Shown: positions 13,458-27,467 of the stretch, piece after piece | Layout of the letters: every line of letters begins with the position of its first letter | How positions within the stretch are numbered: position 1 is the first letter of the stretch | From: Laetmonice hystrix | Taxonomy: Eukaryota | NCBI GenBank assembly: GCA_965235115.1 | Contig: OZ249438.1 | Location: 22,320,001-22,384,000 of the forward strand | Direction of reading: 5' to 3' | DNA length: 64,000 nt | Translations under genes and position numbers: made by a program | Notes under the pieces: generated by a model | What the model saw: the letters and a program-made list of their open reading frames with translations, nothing else | What the model was told of the DNA's origin: nothing | Database searches by the model: none

Positions 13458-16400
13458 CCCCTCTCCCAACCCCCCGCCGCTCATGGCCCTCCGGCCCTGG
13501 GCCGGCTGAGGGCCACACAGACCAAACCAGATATGTATCGTGCCCTCATGGACATGACAGACCACGGCTGGCAACGGCCGCATCTAGGCCAACGTGATCT
13601 ATGGTCATGTGGCCCAAACATCTATTAATGAAAGGGGGTAGAGGACAGAGGGTGAAAAAGTGAGGAGAAAGGAGTAGGAAGGAGAAGAAAGGAGATAGGG
13701 TGAGTCAGTTCCTTCTAATCCTACTCCAAAGAGGAAGAATGAACTTGTTAACTACGGTACAGTTTATACATGAGGTAAGGCACAACCTGACCTGCATCTG
13801 AAACACTTTACAGGTAGGCCTCACTCCCTGCTAGCTTGGCCATCCAGCAAATTAAGCTTATCTCCCGCTGGCCTGGAGGCTTGTTTCAATTGCTCGGACA
13901 AACGGTCGATCAGGGAGTATCGAGGCTGTGTAGAAGTGTCCAGTCTTGGGGCTCTTATCGTCAACTCTAGATGACCTTAGCAGGCGCTCTTATCAGCACA
14001 ACCTTGCTCTCATATCTAATAACCTGACAGTGTCAATCAGAGGCCGCAGTCACAGAGGATTCTTTGATCAAGTGAACACTGCCGTTTTACATAAAGCCCT
14101 TCTATACACCTCTATCTAAATACTACCTTCTAATTACCCAAGACGTGTTGCGGTAATCAGCAATAACAATACGATGATGATAATAATAATTAGATGGCTA
14201 TCTGATAAATTAGTAGCGGTTGGGTGGGTGATGGGCGGGGACACCCCCTGCTGTGTGGTGACCCTTACATATACCTTGGTGGTGGCGGTTGGTGCTGATA
14301 GTATCGATGAGTGATGTCAGTGGTGGTCAGACTGTCCGATCCCCGTGTCCGATAACCCAGATCAGTGCATGGCATGACACATTTCAGGCACTGTCCAGTA
14401 CCGGGTACTTGAGACTGGGCCGAGGTCCGGCCTACCACCACCAACCACCACCACCAACCACCACCACCGCCACCACCATCAGGCCAGTGAGAGACTTGAC
14501 ACTGATCGTCAACTTTCAGACACGGCCCTTCACGGATTGACCTGCCCTGGACACAGTATCATATCACCATGCAGGCATTCTATTTTTTCTCCCTTCTCTT
14601 ATTCAAACAGTACACCTTATAGATTTCTGTTTGCTAGGGGTGTCTGGACAACGTGCGATAACTCAAGTGTACTTGGTGCTATCATAATCAATATAACAAT
14701 GCTGGACAAGGGCACACGCCTGACCAATGTCTTATAACAGCTTGAGGGCCTAAAGGGGGTCGGGGATTGGGGGCGCCCGGCTCTTGGTTCTGAACAGTGC
14801 TTCGTTCACGTATGTCCTCCAGGGATGTCTGTTAATTGCCATGGCCTTGTCAGTGCTCCAGGCTTGTTTGTTGTAGTGGACTTTGATGGAGGACCATATA
14901 CCACAGAGGTTGACCAGTGGTCAGGGCCGAGGGACGACAGCCAGCAATGCCTGGCGCTCACCGCTGTTTCTATAATGACCGGTGTAAGCTCGGACAACTC
15001 CTGAGCCCCACTTGTGCTCGATAAAACCCCTCCCCTACCTACCCCCCCCCCCCCCGATATTCCCCGTGTCCCTCGCCTAGCAGTCGAACAGGACGGCGGC
15101 CTGCACTGAAGAAGGTAAAATGAAGGCCTCGGTGTATGATTTGAAGGGCGAAGGTGGTGGTGGGGAGGTAACGGTATTTGGCCGTGCACCCCACCAAAGT
15201 CGGAGGGGCAATGGCTTGGATACACTTTGGATGAACGGAAAATCTACCCCCGGGTTATCCAATTGTCCTTGTCTGCATTGCTGGCCAAGGGGAAGACGGT
15301 TTGTGAGATGGAGCGTTTGAGGTGTGAATGGGGGCACTGTGTGATGTAGCCAAAAGTGGCCGTGGCCAAGATCTATAAATAATAAAGACTTTGAAGGCAA
15401 AAAGAGTCTGTCGTCTGTTTCTCCACCACTGCCCCTACCACCCGCCCGCCCTCTCGGGGGCTGAACTGGCCCAAGTCCATGGACTCACTCCCCTCGTCAT
15501 TTCGACCCATTTCTCCCCCGATGTAACTATGACATTCCGGTCGTATGCTCTAAGGGTAGGACCTGCTTATTAGGGCTCCCATACACACACCTGATTCCCG
15601 AACTGCCTTTAAAACCGGCACTATCCCGTTTGACCCTCGGGTACTTGCACACTCTTGGGGCGGACATTATCTAATCCAGCCTTGCCGATTGAAATGATAT
15701 ATAATTAGGTAGAATTACACCAACTGGTGTGCCGCCATGTCCTTAACGTGTCCCCTTGTCCTATATGCGTGCCCCGTCCGAGTAGACTGCCCCCCGTGGC
15801 TTTCCCTTATAGATGAGGCAATTATAAGTGGATGGCCGTGCACCAAAGATAACACCACTGCGGACATAACGGACAGGGCCCGATGATTAATCAGTTCGCT
15901 GGACAGTAACTCTTTTATTTGTGACCAGCACGGTTTGGCAAGCTGACATATTTCAAAAAGAGCCCGCAGCCACTTGTGTCAGTTCTTGCACCATTTATGC
16001 AATGGGCTTAAGTGCTGTCTAGTTAGTTTGACAGCTGGCCAGACTAACCCAAGATGGATAATGGCACGCTGGACAAAGCCTGATCCCTCGTGATTTGTTC
16101 TGTCTGTTTGTGCTCCGTGCCACATTCAGTATATCTTTTCACGTGGCACGGAATGGTAATCTTTCTCCTGCGTGAATTACACTTCCAGGGCTCAAGGATG
16201 TGGTCTTGAAATTTGATGGATGTTGGGTCAGAGCATGGCCAAGGTCTGATCCGGGGCACAGTGGACGGCAGGCTTTAGTGCTCCAGGCTAGAGATGGTGG
16301 GCTGAGGGCGGGGGGCGGGGCGGTTCAGGACGGCCAGGGGCAGAGGGGACACTATACTGTCAGAACCGGACAACTAAACACTTCTGACCTTGCCAAACGT

Positions 16401-19400
16401 CCTTCAGGATCGACCTGCTGGGGACAAGGGACCAGAGAGGCCTAGATAATACAATGGAGACGTAAGGTCGGTCATTACAAACTAATTCATCTGAATGGCC
16501 GGCTGACAAACTTATAAAGTTCATTCCACGCCAGATGCTGTAAGCGCGTTGTAATTTAAACTGTCTGTGATTCTGGGTGTGGTTGGCGGGCATTGATATA
16601 GACTTTGATAGACTGGACAGCCAATCTATAAGGGAAATTCTGTACCAGTGGCATTTCCTATTATACAATCTGACTTGGCATTGAGGATGACGTTAAAAGT
16701 TAGTTTGACAATGGGTTATACAATGTATAGTTATAAAAAGACAAACTTTTGTTACATAATTATTATGGAGTTATACCTGGAATCTACCCTTCACCTTGAA
16801 CTTGACCTCTGGCGGCAGCAGTGACCGAGATCCCGCGTTGGGATCAGACCCATCTCACACGTTGAGACTGGGCAACTCTCTTTGCCCAGCCGAGTCTGGC
16901 TGACTGCACAGCGCCACTGGCGGCATCATGACACATTAACTACCCGCCGAGCTAAATATACGCGCCGCCCCGGTCACAGCGCCACGTCATGTTACGTCAT
17001 GCGATACACTGCTCAGGGCGGCAACACCAGCCGAGTGTCTGGTGTCTTTCTCCAGCTAGCCATCATGTGAAATGAACTAACTAGGTCTAGTCCAACTGAT
17101 AACATGGCATCACCTCTGACCTTGCAATGATTACACAAGGTCGAGATCAGCCATGTTCCGTGTTGCTGCTGAGGAGATAGCCCAGTTTCTGTCTGGGCCG
17201 TATTCGTCCACAGATAACGGTATCCAGGCCTGAACGGTCAGCGACTTATTCGCACTCCTTATACGCTGTACATGCAATGGGACTGGTGGTCAGGTCAACC
17301 TCACAACCGCCGGCCACACCGGCCAAAGTATGTCTGTCGGCCAAAGTTTCCAACCTGTCGTCACTGGGAGAAGGGGGTGGTACAGAGATGGGTCTGCAGG
17401 TACCTATACTCGGGTTCAGGTGTAGCATGGGGGAGGGGAGGAAAGGGGGAGGGTCTCTTATTTTAGACGATATATCCCACCAGTATATGTAGAGTTGAAC
17501 TTCCCACACAGACATACCCCCGCTTGTTATCTACTGCTGTCTGCTGTCGGGCACTGACACATGTATGTACGGGGGTGGGGTGGGGGAGGGGGAGGGGTTA
17601 TGTGGAGAAATCTCAAACTGATGTGGCGAATTCAATCCTGAACGATTTCCAATACAATTATATACATGTTATTTTGGCGGGGTCAGACAAAAATATGCCC
17701 ATCAATAGGTTATAAACGGTTAACTTTACAAAATGTGAGAACCCCGGGCCGTTGGGCTATTTAGATCAGTTGTTTTGCTCACTTCAATTGGGGGGAGACT
17801 TGGGCTGGTCAATACCATCTGTGAACTTTTGTCACACTTCACTCTCCACAGATAAAGCTGGGCTCTGCTGCATTGAATTTCAACTTTAAATTTTAATTTT
17901 CAATACTGGTCTGCCAAGTTTTAACGGGCACACAGAATCAATGGAACAGGGTGCAGACGGCCTGCACACTGAATTATAGATCAGCGCCCATCTCCTTAGG
18001 CAGGTGCAAAAACTCCGGCAGTCAGTTGGCTCCTGCCAGGTATGGTGTGAAATGTATCCTTTCTGCTCACACCAGTGTATAATTCATTGACCATCACCAA
18101 GGATGGGTCCGCGTCCAGCAAAGAAAAAAAAAGGCAATTGAATGGTTCAAGGGTTGAGGAGTTTCTTAACCGGGTTGTACTGGTTGGTACCACCTCTTCC
18201 TGGAGACTTGCAACCCTGGGCAACGCGGGGAAGCAAAATATTGGTCACTGACGCCACGGCTCTGACCAATTTGCATACGGTTAAAGCAATTAGAGTGCAG
18301 ACTACATGAAAAGGCCATCGCGCCAACAAAGTCGTGGACATAATACGTGCTTCCACATGGCTGGAGCATGGGATGCCCATTCGCCATCACCACGCCTGTG
18401 TCAACACCAGTAGGGATTAATATTTACCAAATAAAGCATAAATAAAATATTGAATATTGTCTGGACACTGGCCCCTTGCATCCGGAAATACCAGCCCCCC
18501 GAGCTCTGAAAATGCACCCGAGGTATCGATCGAACTTTGCCATGTTTCAATGGACACAGACATATTCAATTTCATGACTCCTGCCAGCTATTTAAAATAC
18601 AGGAAGCTTTCGCCTGCTGGCCGAACATCGACCATCATCAATGATAGCGTTCTCACTTAGAAATGGATCCCAGCACTGCCAGTGAGTGGCCAATTCTACC
18701 GAGAGATGTCCACGGAACCTTCATTATTACCGACAGTAGGGACCGACAGACATAGGTAGAGAGACAGCGAAACATAGAGAAAGATTACAGCTGAAGACAG
18801 AGACAGGCAGAGTTAAAACCTATGTGTCCACGCATTAAGTTGCCTAAATGTGGCGGTGGCTTACTGTTATGATTACGAGAGCTGGTCAAAGTTAACCGTG
18901 CCCTGTGAGCTGCTCCCCCAGCCAATACGGAGGTCTAATGCATATCTCCACAATGAATAGTAGCCTGATTCTATGTACCTTCGCCACCCTCTCTCACCGC
19001 TGACGGACGGTCTCAATGACACCCAGAGAGCACCATTATCACTATGTAAAGTGAGAGAAGAACTCAAGCCGGGCTGTGGTCTGACCTAAACTGGGAAGTG
19101 AATGAGAAACCACAAGAATGTCCAATATGGTGACTGAAGCACCCTCTCGTCCATTGTGGCCGCCTGTTTGTCGCCCGACTTCGTTCTAAATTCCTTTCAA
19201 CATGAACATATAATACTTCAATTATTTCCCATTCAAGTTGCAAATACATAAGCTTTTTGCCCTGATTAAATGTGTTTTGTGGCCTGATGAGTATAATTGG
19301 CCGCGTCCACCCCATGGTGTCTGCCCGCGAGCCTCCCTGGCGACCTAAACCGGACAGTCCCTCAATGCTAATTACGCTACACACGGCCAATGACAATTAT

Positions 19401-19898
19401 ACTGACAACTGGCCTTTGTGGCTGGTCACAGGGAGGCCAGAATGAAGCCAAATGACTCCTAATGACTGTCATTATACAGAGGATAAACACGTTTTTATGT
19501 GGACAATCTGCTCGGGACAAATCAAACAGGCAGTGTCACTTACCGATAATAACCCCTCCATACCTAGTCTGGTCATCACCAACTCGGCCCATCCCACCAC
19601 GGCCTTTCCCCTTATATATTTAAACTAAACGGCAGTCTTAATTGGCCCGCATCAAATGATCACATGATGGAATTGCATTAGAAAAAAACTACACCACACC
19701 GAGTTCTGGTAGCTTTCTCCACCTGTTCCACAGGTAGGATAATAATAATACATCAACTACTGGACAAGTCCAGGGGCACAGTGGAAGATTATATACCTGG
19801 CCCTACCTGAACCTGTCCAATCTCAGGGTCGCTCTAAAAAACCCTTTGTTTTAAAAGTCACTTCAACGATTTAATGCCGTCACCCAGAAGACATTTAA

Positions 19899-19907
19899 CA
19901 TAAATCA
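19899..19907 (-). promoter_or_regulatory. Pbx-Hox-like site TGATTTATG
   Basis: CATAAATCA on the + strand, among other TAAT/TTAA cores. Motif match only. Confidence 0.3.
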
Positions 19908-21066
19908 CAAAGTAATGGGCCATGGCTAATCTATAATTGTAGCAAATCAAGGACAGTTTTTGCATGACCAAACCAAGGCTCAAACCTCCCAAAACATGCA
20001 ATGTGCACTAACGCTTTTCCAATGGGAACGTGGCAAGGAGTCACCTATCATCTAACCTCACATGCAAAGCTAATGGTAAAACAGATAATCGTGTACAGAA
20101 ATAAACACAGATTTCTCATAATGCTCACTTATATATTCACTACAATAACATAACATTGACATGACCCGGGTGTTACAGTCCGACTCTTGTAGTACGACTG
20201 CGGAAACATTTACTTATACGGGTAGAAATTACCACGTATTAGTGTTTTCTACCACAAGCCCGTTGTACTGGCGTGGCATTTGTATTTCCCTTGCTTGTCG
20301 GGATAATTGTGTTTTGATAGCCATGATAGAAGGCACGATCTTGTTCACGTTGTACGCGTGTGTCAATATTGTGCCAATGGGACAGTGAAGGGTATATTAG
20401 GGTTGCCAACTAGGGGAGATCTATGTGTGTGTGGTTGTGTGAATGGGGGTGGGTGGGGTTGGGGAGAGAGTTGTGGCCCTCAGTGAGAGAGGCTGCCAAT
20501 GATAGATTCTGCAAAACAACGATGTTTGAATGAGGGAGCTGTAATGAGCGAGAGAGTGAAGTAGAACAGGAGTGGAGGACTGCAGCCATCGTCCTGACGA
20601 GGTGGCGATGGTTAACAGTGGTGGAGGTGGTGGTGGTGGTGGTGGGGCCTGTCAGTGAGTGGTTCCAATGGTGCGGGTGGTGGCGGTGGTGGTGGTTGGA
20701 AACCAGTACACCACCGACGTTGACACTATGGGCAGTGGGGATGCCCAGAAAGCGATCGCTATGATTTGGATCCAAGGGTGCCAAATCCCCCAGCCCGCCC
20801 CACCACTGCCTCTCCGCGCTCAGCAGTTAGTGTTCAGCAGGGATAAAGGATGACGGGTAGAGACAAGATGGATACCCATCATTCTGCTTATTGACCACTT
20901 AATCTAGCGACAGTATGACAGGCTGTGTGTGACCTGGCCGTCACTGCCGCCGCCACACCCTGGATTGGGCGCTGGGAGACAATGCCTATCGGTAGACCCC
21001 TGTGACAGTGACAACAGATCAGCGCCACACTGGACAGATGAGGAAGACTGACGACTCTGGCACCTT

Positions 21067-21117
21067 CTGACAGCCCATCTCTCACGCGCCCTTCCCCGAC
21101 TTGGTCGGCATAAATCA
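21067..21117. promoter_or_regulatory. Meis-like TGACAG plus Pbx-Hox-like TGATTTATG
   Basis: TGACAG at about 21068 and CATAAATCA at 21109-21117, with a further TGACA at about 21126. Motif match only. Confidence 0.35.
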
Positions 21118-23380
21118 GGTCGCCTCTGACAACCATTGCGCAAGGGGCAGCCTGGCCCAGCGTCACGAATGGCTGGCGAGAGTCGCACTTAATAACGCCC
21201 AAACAAATGGACACGAGTTCGGGCTTCTCTTAATGAACCGAACTCGGCACTGCCCCCGAGTCTGTGAAGTGGGAGAAATTAATGCAACACGCTAACCTGG
21301 ACCTGTGCTATTGTCTCGCTGAGAAAGTTAATTACTGGCCTTGTCTCCTGCCAGGGTGTCGGACGGCACACTGCTAGTGACCACCGCCAAGACGTATGTC
21401 CGCGCCTACACGTAATTGCGCGCCGAATGTCAATTAATTGCTCCCAGCGCACGTGGATCCGACAATAGTTTTGTTTTTCCAATTATAATTGGTGACTTGT
21501 GGTCAGATGTACTGATGTAAATCAGTGCTAATTGCTACAACTGCTACGGATCATAACTCAGAGCTTCCTTATTGACATTGAAAGCTTTATGGCAGGCCCG
21601 ACTGTCATTGTCTTTATTATGACAAATTGGTCCCCCCTCACATTAACAGCCAAGTCCGACTCTCAGTCTCATTTCTTGTTAACCCCCTCTATCTTGGCTT
21701 TTTTTTCCGCTTCATGAAACTCCCACGATGGGCAGGGGGAAGAGAACGGGGTGTCATAATTTCATGTCTTTGTCCCCTCCTTGCTCTCGTTTGTGGCCTA
21801 AATTGGCCGATCGCGGGTTATCCAATATTACATCTGTAGAGAAAATAGGTCATGTCACAGTTGCCATGGATATGGGAAACACAAACCAACCCGTTGCCCG
21901 AAAGCTGCTCCCCATGCCCGCTGCACAGAGTTTGGGGAACTCGCAGTAGCCCCCTCACAGCTTTTGGTATTTGGATAACCCGAAACAAACTGGGCAGATT
22001 CGACATTGGTTGACCTTGAGTGGCCGCTGGCGGCTGCCTTGGCGGTTTTCCCATGACGCTGACAGGTGGAGGGCGTGGCGACCTTCACCTTGGCCGGGCA
22101 GGTGTGCCGCAGTCCGTCGGTCCACCCCTCCAGGAGACAGACCCTGGTGCACACTCCAGCCGACAACTCCCTCCTTACCCCAACAACGACGACCACCATC
22201 ACCACGACGACGACGACGCCGGGGGATCCTGGGATGGCCAGCCAGCCGAGAATTAAATTTGCACCCTAGATGTGTGTGTGGTGGGGGGGGGGGGGGGGGG
22301 GGGCGTGGAACAACTTGGGGCCAGTGGACAGAGGCTGAAGGGACCAGACAAAATAGATCAGCAGTTGCCTGGGTTTGAGGTCAGTGAGCTGTGGGTGTGT
22401 GTGCGTGGGGATGGGTGGGTGGGTGTGGGATGTGTGTACAGGGGACCCTCTGTGTGTGCCCAATGTGCCCTTGGGTCCTGGCAGATGCCTAGCGGCTAGC
22501 TGACTGGCTGGCTACCCCGGCATAACCCGCTATAACTGGGCCTAACTTTATCTTGCAGGACGAGCCGTTGGCCACCCGTTTTCAAGCCAGGCCCTACAAC
22601 TCGCCCCTCAACCCTGCCCCACCCTCCTGACTGGGGCTTGGCTATCGTACAAGGATCAAGCCAACCATGCATACAAAACGACAGGGATAAGGCCTAGTGG
22701 CCTTTAGATCTGCCATTTGATTGCTCGATTTAAAATGAATGAGTTCTTTCTCTGACTTTTCGTCCATCTTAGAGTGGCAAGTGAGATAGCCTAGCGATGT
22801 GACCCGCACAGACAAGTACCTTCGGCCTTTGGGTCAGGTTGGTACCGTACCGCATGCAGCCAAGGCGGTCAGTTCCCTCCGGCCCACCCCCTGCCCCCCG
22901 TTGGGGCGAGGCCAGGCGAGCTGACGCAACCCAGCATCACCACACCCAAACGGAGGACCCCTGCCACCCGTGAGGACAGCGCCAACCCTCAAACCCTGGG
23001 AAAGTCACTGATACCAGCCAGCTGTACCCAAAACTGTCCTTTACATTACACTTCTTTGCTCGGTCAACCAGTACTGAGTTTTACTCCCGCTTAATCCAAC
23101 CGTAATAATCTCTTCCAAAACAATCACTTCCAGAAATGCTAGTGACATCACAACTTCAACACAACAGTCAACTCAATAGTTTCAAAAACTATGCTATTAC
23201 CACTATAAATACCCAAACAAAAACACATAATATACTAATTAGACCTTACCTAAGACAAATACTAAAGTCATCTACGCTATACATATAACTGTATACCGAG
23301 AAAAAGTAAATGACGTAAAGCATGAAAAGGACCAATTTAACATGTTCTGCCTCACATTGCAATGTCTGTGTAGAACTTAC

Positions 23381-23455
23381 CATGCATGCCTTTGTAATTA
23401 CATAAAAGGGTACGATTTCCATGTACTCACAGTTAACCGAGTGAATGACGCTTAC
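23381..23455 (-). other. Recursive-splice-like site or cryptic exon (25-nt or 75-nt)
   Basis: The minus strand reads ttttttaatcactgtctttgttttgtttattgCAG|GTAAGC. Further donors are ACT|GTGAGT (25 nt downstream) and ATG|GTAAGT (75 nt downstream). The 75-nt version is open in frame 0: VSVIHSVNCEYMEIVPFYVITKACM. Confidence 0.45.
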
Positions 23456-25021
23456 CTGCAATAAACAAAACAAAGACAGTGATTAAAAATAAATCAACCA
23501 AACACATGAGTAGCAGAGCATTAGATGGCGAAGCAACTTATAAATACCCTATCCTTTGGCGACCTTTAGCCATTTTTTTCCACTGTCTCGTCTAGCCAAG
23601 TTTAAACAGAGAAGGTGGTTGTGGGCAGGTGGCCGGCCGTTTGTTATATTGGTCATTGTAATCAGTGAAATATCAGAGGCAGATGTCATGACATGCCGCC
23701 AGTTTAGCCAGCCAATGTCAAACACGTCGACAACCTGGCTGAAAATGAGATGGCGGCTTCTCTTTGAGGTCGTATAATGCATGGCCCTTATTACCCCATC
23801 ATACCTAAAGGGGGTCAGCCTACCCTTACTACTGACCCTTTGTCCACCCCAACCCCACCTCCCACCCCCCTCCCCACCCTCACATAGCCAGCTACAAACA
23901 TCCACAATACAGACTATGTCAAAGACCCACGACAATACGCTATAACGTACTCCTCGTGGTGTATGGAAAGGAAGACATCTTGATCTAAAACAGCTCCTGG
24001 ACAGCGCAATAATTTGTCCTCATATAGACAGGAATCCCAGCACCGACGGCAAAAACTAGAGGACCACATTCCTGCAATTCTCCTATTCCGACCGAGCAGC
24101 TTGTTGCCGCCCATGTCCGAGTAGATCGTTATGCTCCTAGGGTCAATATTTCATAATCAACGCGGGAGGTATCGGTTTCAGTTAGCGAGGGTCAAGCCAA
24201 TTGTGACAGGGTCAGGCTGAAGGTTACGAACCTGAAGCGCTGTGACCGGCTCGCTATGACAACCAGACATGTTGGGTGTGGCTGATATAGATTCCAGCAC
24301 TCCCTTCTATGAGGTTAGGCATCTATTACTTCAGCCCCCACCGATTCTTCATTCTCAGACAACCACCAGACGGAATCAGTCCAGCAAATAATGTATCACA
24401 GGGGCCAATCTTAAGACGCCAAGGGCTCGTTTTTCCCTCTTCATAGGCGACTGACCCAAAATGTTCAAGCAATACCAACCATTCTAAATCCTATCGGTCA
24501 CCATGCTGCTTGTAGGCATTAGTTACAGTGCCACTTTCCTTACATTTCACCTTGCAGACATACCACAAGGAGCGGTTCTAAGACGCGCACTTTTTAGGGC
24601 CACAAGGGTTGACTGGTCAGGGCATTCGGTCGACGGATGTCTAAACAGGGATGTCCTTGCTGGCAACTTCTCCCAAGGCGACGACCTAGGGTTCAGTAAT
24701 TAAGCATTAATTGGACCTGTCATTGCCGGCAGTGAGGGCCAATGGGTCTATGGTCTGCCTTGTTAGATGTGACAGGGCAACCCTTTCTGACCTAACTCTA
24801 TCGAAGGCTTTGTTCTGGTCCAAGCACTTGGCTACAGCACAAGATCATCTGGCAATAAAACATGGAGCTCCGATTTGCACGATCATAAAGGCAAATTTAG
24901 CATCAAATTCAATTAGAGCTGTTTGGCCTGGGTTGTGTGTTTGATGCTGGGATACAGTTATGGAAATAGTGGTCAATCGTAGGGCCAGCTGATTCAATGG
25001 GCAATAACATCATTGGACGTG

Positions 25022-25030
25022 CATAAATCA
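25022..25030 (-). promoter_or_regulatory. Pbx-Hox-like site TGATTTATG
   Basis: CATAAATCA on the + strand. Motif match only. Confidence 0.25.
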
Positions 25031-27467
25031 TGCAACGTAAGGATTCCGTCTGGGTTCGACTCTAATTAGAATTGGTGATGATTTGGCCAGTTCTTTGGAT
25101 GCACTGGAGCATACATGTATCTAATTACTATGAAGTGGTTGGGGCCCTGAATTGTCTGTGGGCCTAATGATAGTTAATGTCTAATCCCTGCCGATTTGTT
25201 CCACCTCGATACACTATGAATTTCATGATAAGTCGGCAGTAGGATTACTTACTCTCAGAAAGACTCCCAGTAAGACCCGAGTACAAGTACCCCTCTCTGG
25301 CCACTGAGTTAGGTCGTCGTCACACAACCAGCTTTTTACTGGCCACTTAACTACGCTGTCGTCACACAACTAGTTTTTAACAGATGAACCCCAGTAAAAA
25401 CTGAACCTAATAGAGTGTGTTTCTTATGTTGATCTAATGAAACACTCTGATGATACTACTATAAGTAGACAAGACAATCTCATTTGTTACAGTGTATAGG
25501 ATGTCACATTATAATTTTATCAACATTTCAGTTTATTTTTCTGAAATCTAATTATTATTTTTTCCTATTTCAAAATTACGATTTCCAGCCGGCAGCTTTA
25601 TCTGGCAGGACAAACCGTTAAGTAAAAATTCAAAATCAGGGTGTACCGCCGGTACCCGCTGTATACATGTCAAGAACATGTAAATCGGCATCTGCAATGA
25701 TGAAGAATAGAAACCTACATTCAAAAACATGTCGCTGAACTATAGACCTCGTAACCTTGGGTTCAAGAGTACACACACACATGGAGCTATGGATTTAAAC
25801 ATTCAAACATTGGTGGTACATGGTGCTGTGGACATCCGCGCCATGGGTTCCTGCCATTTCTATTGTTCCCTGTCACATGGCCTAACCCCCTAGTGGCTGT
25901 ATCCGTTTTCACATGGGCCATGGCTACCTTATAGTTTTATCCCTCTAGGCTCCACGTCAACCTCCAAACCCCCCTCCCACTGCCTTCATGAAAACCCTGG
26001 CTGTAGTGGGTGACATGTGTGGGTGGTGGTTGAAGGTTGGGTGACGGAGGGGTTGGGGGGGGGGGGGGTAGGCAGCATGTAGGGGGAGGGGGTCAAGCGT
26101 GGAGGCCAAGCCTCTCCCCGCTGACCTGTTACACTCGGCTGCGGCTAAGGGTCAGTCTATGCAGCTGTTCACATGAATTTTGTTTGTGCCTGTGCCTCCC
26201 TCAAGACATTGTTTAGGGGGACCAGCTTCCATCATGCGACCTCTCATATTCCAGCAATACCCCCACCCCCCCCTCCTCGTCTTGCCCCCCCCCCCCCTCC
26301 ACCCTCCCTCCTTAGAGTCCCGCCTCAGTCCAGTGCTGACCTGAAAGGAGCCGACCGAGCCCAGAACCAGACACCCGTGTAGACGATAATGTGGATCCTC
26401 AGCTAAGCTGTGTTTAATTTCGCCTCCTGAGTACAGGATTTAAATAAGGTGCTCTCCTTTCACTCATTAAAATGTTGAGAGCATGCACGCTGCCTGTTCG
26501 CGTCACCTGTCAACTGTGTGCGGCGCCTCTTGGCGAGAAAAATCAAAAATCATCAAGGCTACTTACTGACGTCTAGCGATAACTCCACAGATTTACTGGT
26601 AGTCTGCTACATACAGGTTAGAAACTCAATGACGTAGCTTAATATACAAACGCTCAGTTCTGTCTTTACATTTGGGGATAATTGGGAAAAGGGCTTGACA
26701 AAAAACATGCGCTTTACGCGCACCTGCTTATCTTTGACATGAGTTGGGGCGGACATGTTCCAAGGTTGCCACCAGTCGAGGTTGTGGAAGCTCTGGGTGT
26801 GGTCGTTATTGAGGGTGACTTGGCTTGGCCTGGGTGTGTGTATGAGTCGACATGCAAGACCATGCCATGGCTCCGATGTCCATCACATGACACAGACACC
26901 ACGGCTCAAGTAATTACTAGTAAAGGATGACGGTTATACCTCGCTTTCAACGTGTCTCCTACACTTACTACCATAAATACCTGGTTATTGAATACAAGCA
27001 ACGTTAGAATCTGATCTTGGCCTTACTTATGTGTTCATGTGTGTAGGACGTACTAATGTTCGGCTATGTCATATAGAAAACCGACTCAGTGACGGTATAA
27101 ATACCAACTGTAATCATACGGATTCGGCACATGGGAGGTGGGGGGAGTCTTCATGTGAGACATCAGTGATAGGGGGCGACATGAGGTAAAGACAAGTAAC
27201 TGATCCTGGAGGACCGAGCTAAGTCAGCTAACACTACATAGATTATGGATACAGTATCTAAAACTGTGTGGGTGTATATCAAACTTACACATGATCACGG
27301 CTTCTGTAAATTACATGATATCTGACAACTGACACTGATCTTTCACTCAGCCATGTCAATCTAAGTCTGGAAAATACCTCTGTCTCGGTGATAACCGTAA
27401 AAGTACGTCCCGAAGACTGAAGCTCTAATAGCAAAGCCTTTTTCCCCCCTAAAATTTCCTACACTAC

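Noticed and set aside
16122-16133. 12-nt match (TATACTGAATGT, minus strand) to miR-iab-4
   Set aside because: The match is partial, lies mostly in a hairpin loop and has no star arm. I saw no full match to miR-10, miR-196 or miR-993 either.
20398-20410. TAGGGTTGCCAAC, similar to hAT/MITE terminal repeats
   Set aside because: I found no matching inverted terminus with a target-site duplication and no transposase remnant.
25053-25063. GGTTCGACTC Pol III B-box (tRNA or SINE)
   Set aside because: There is no A-box at a suitable spacing and no cloverleaf.
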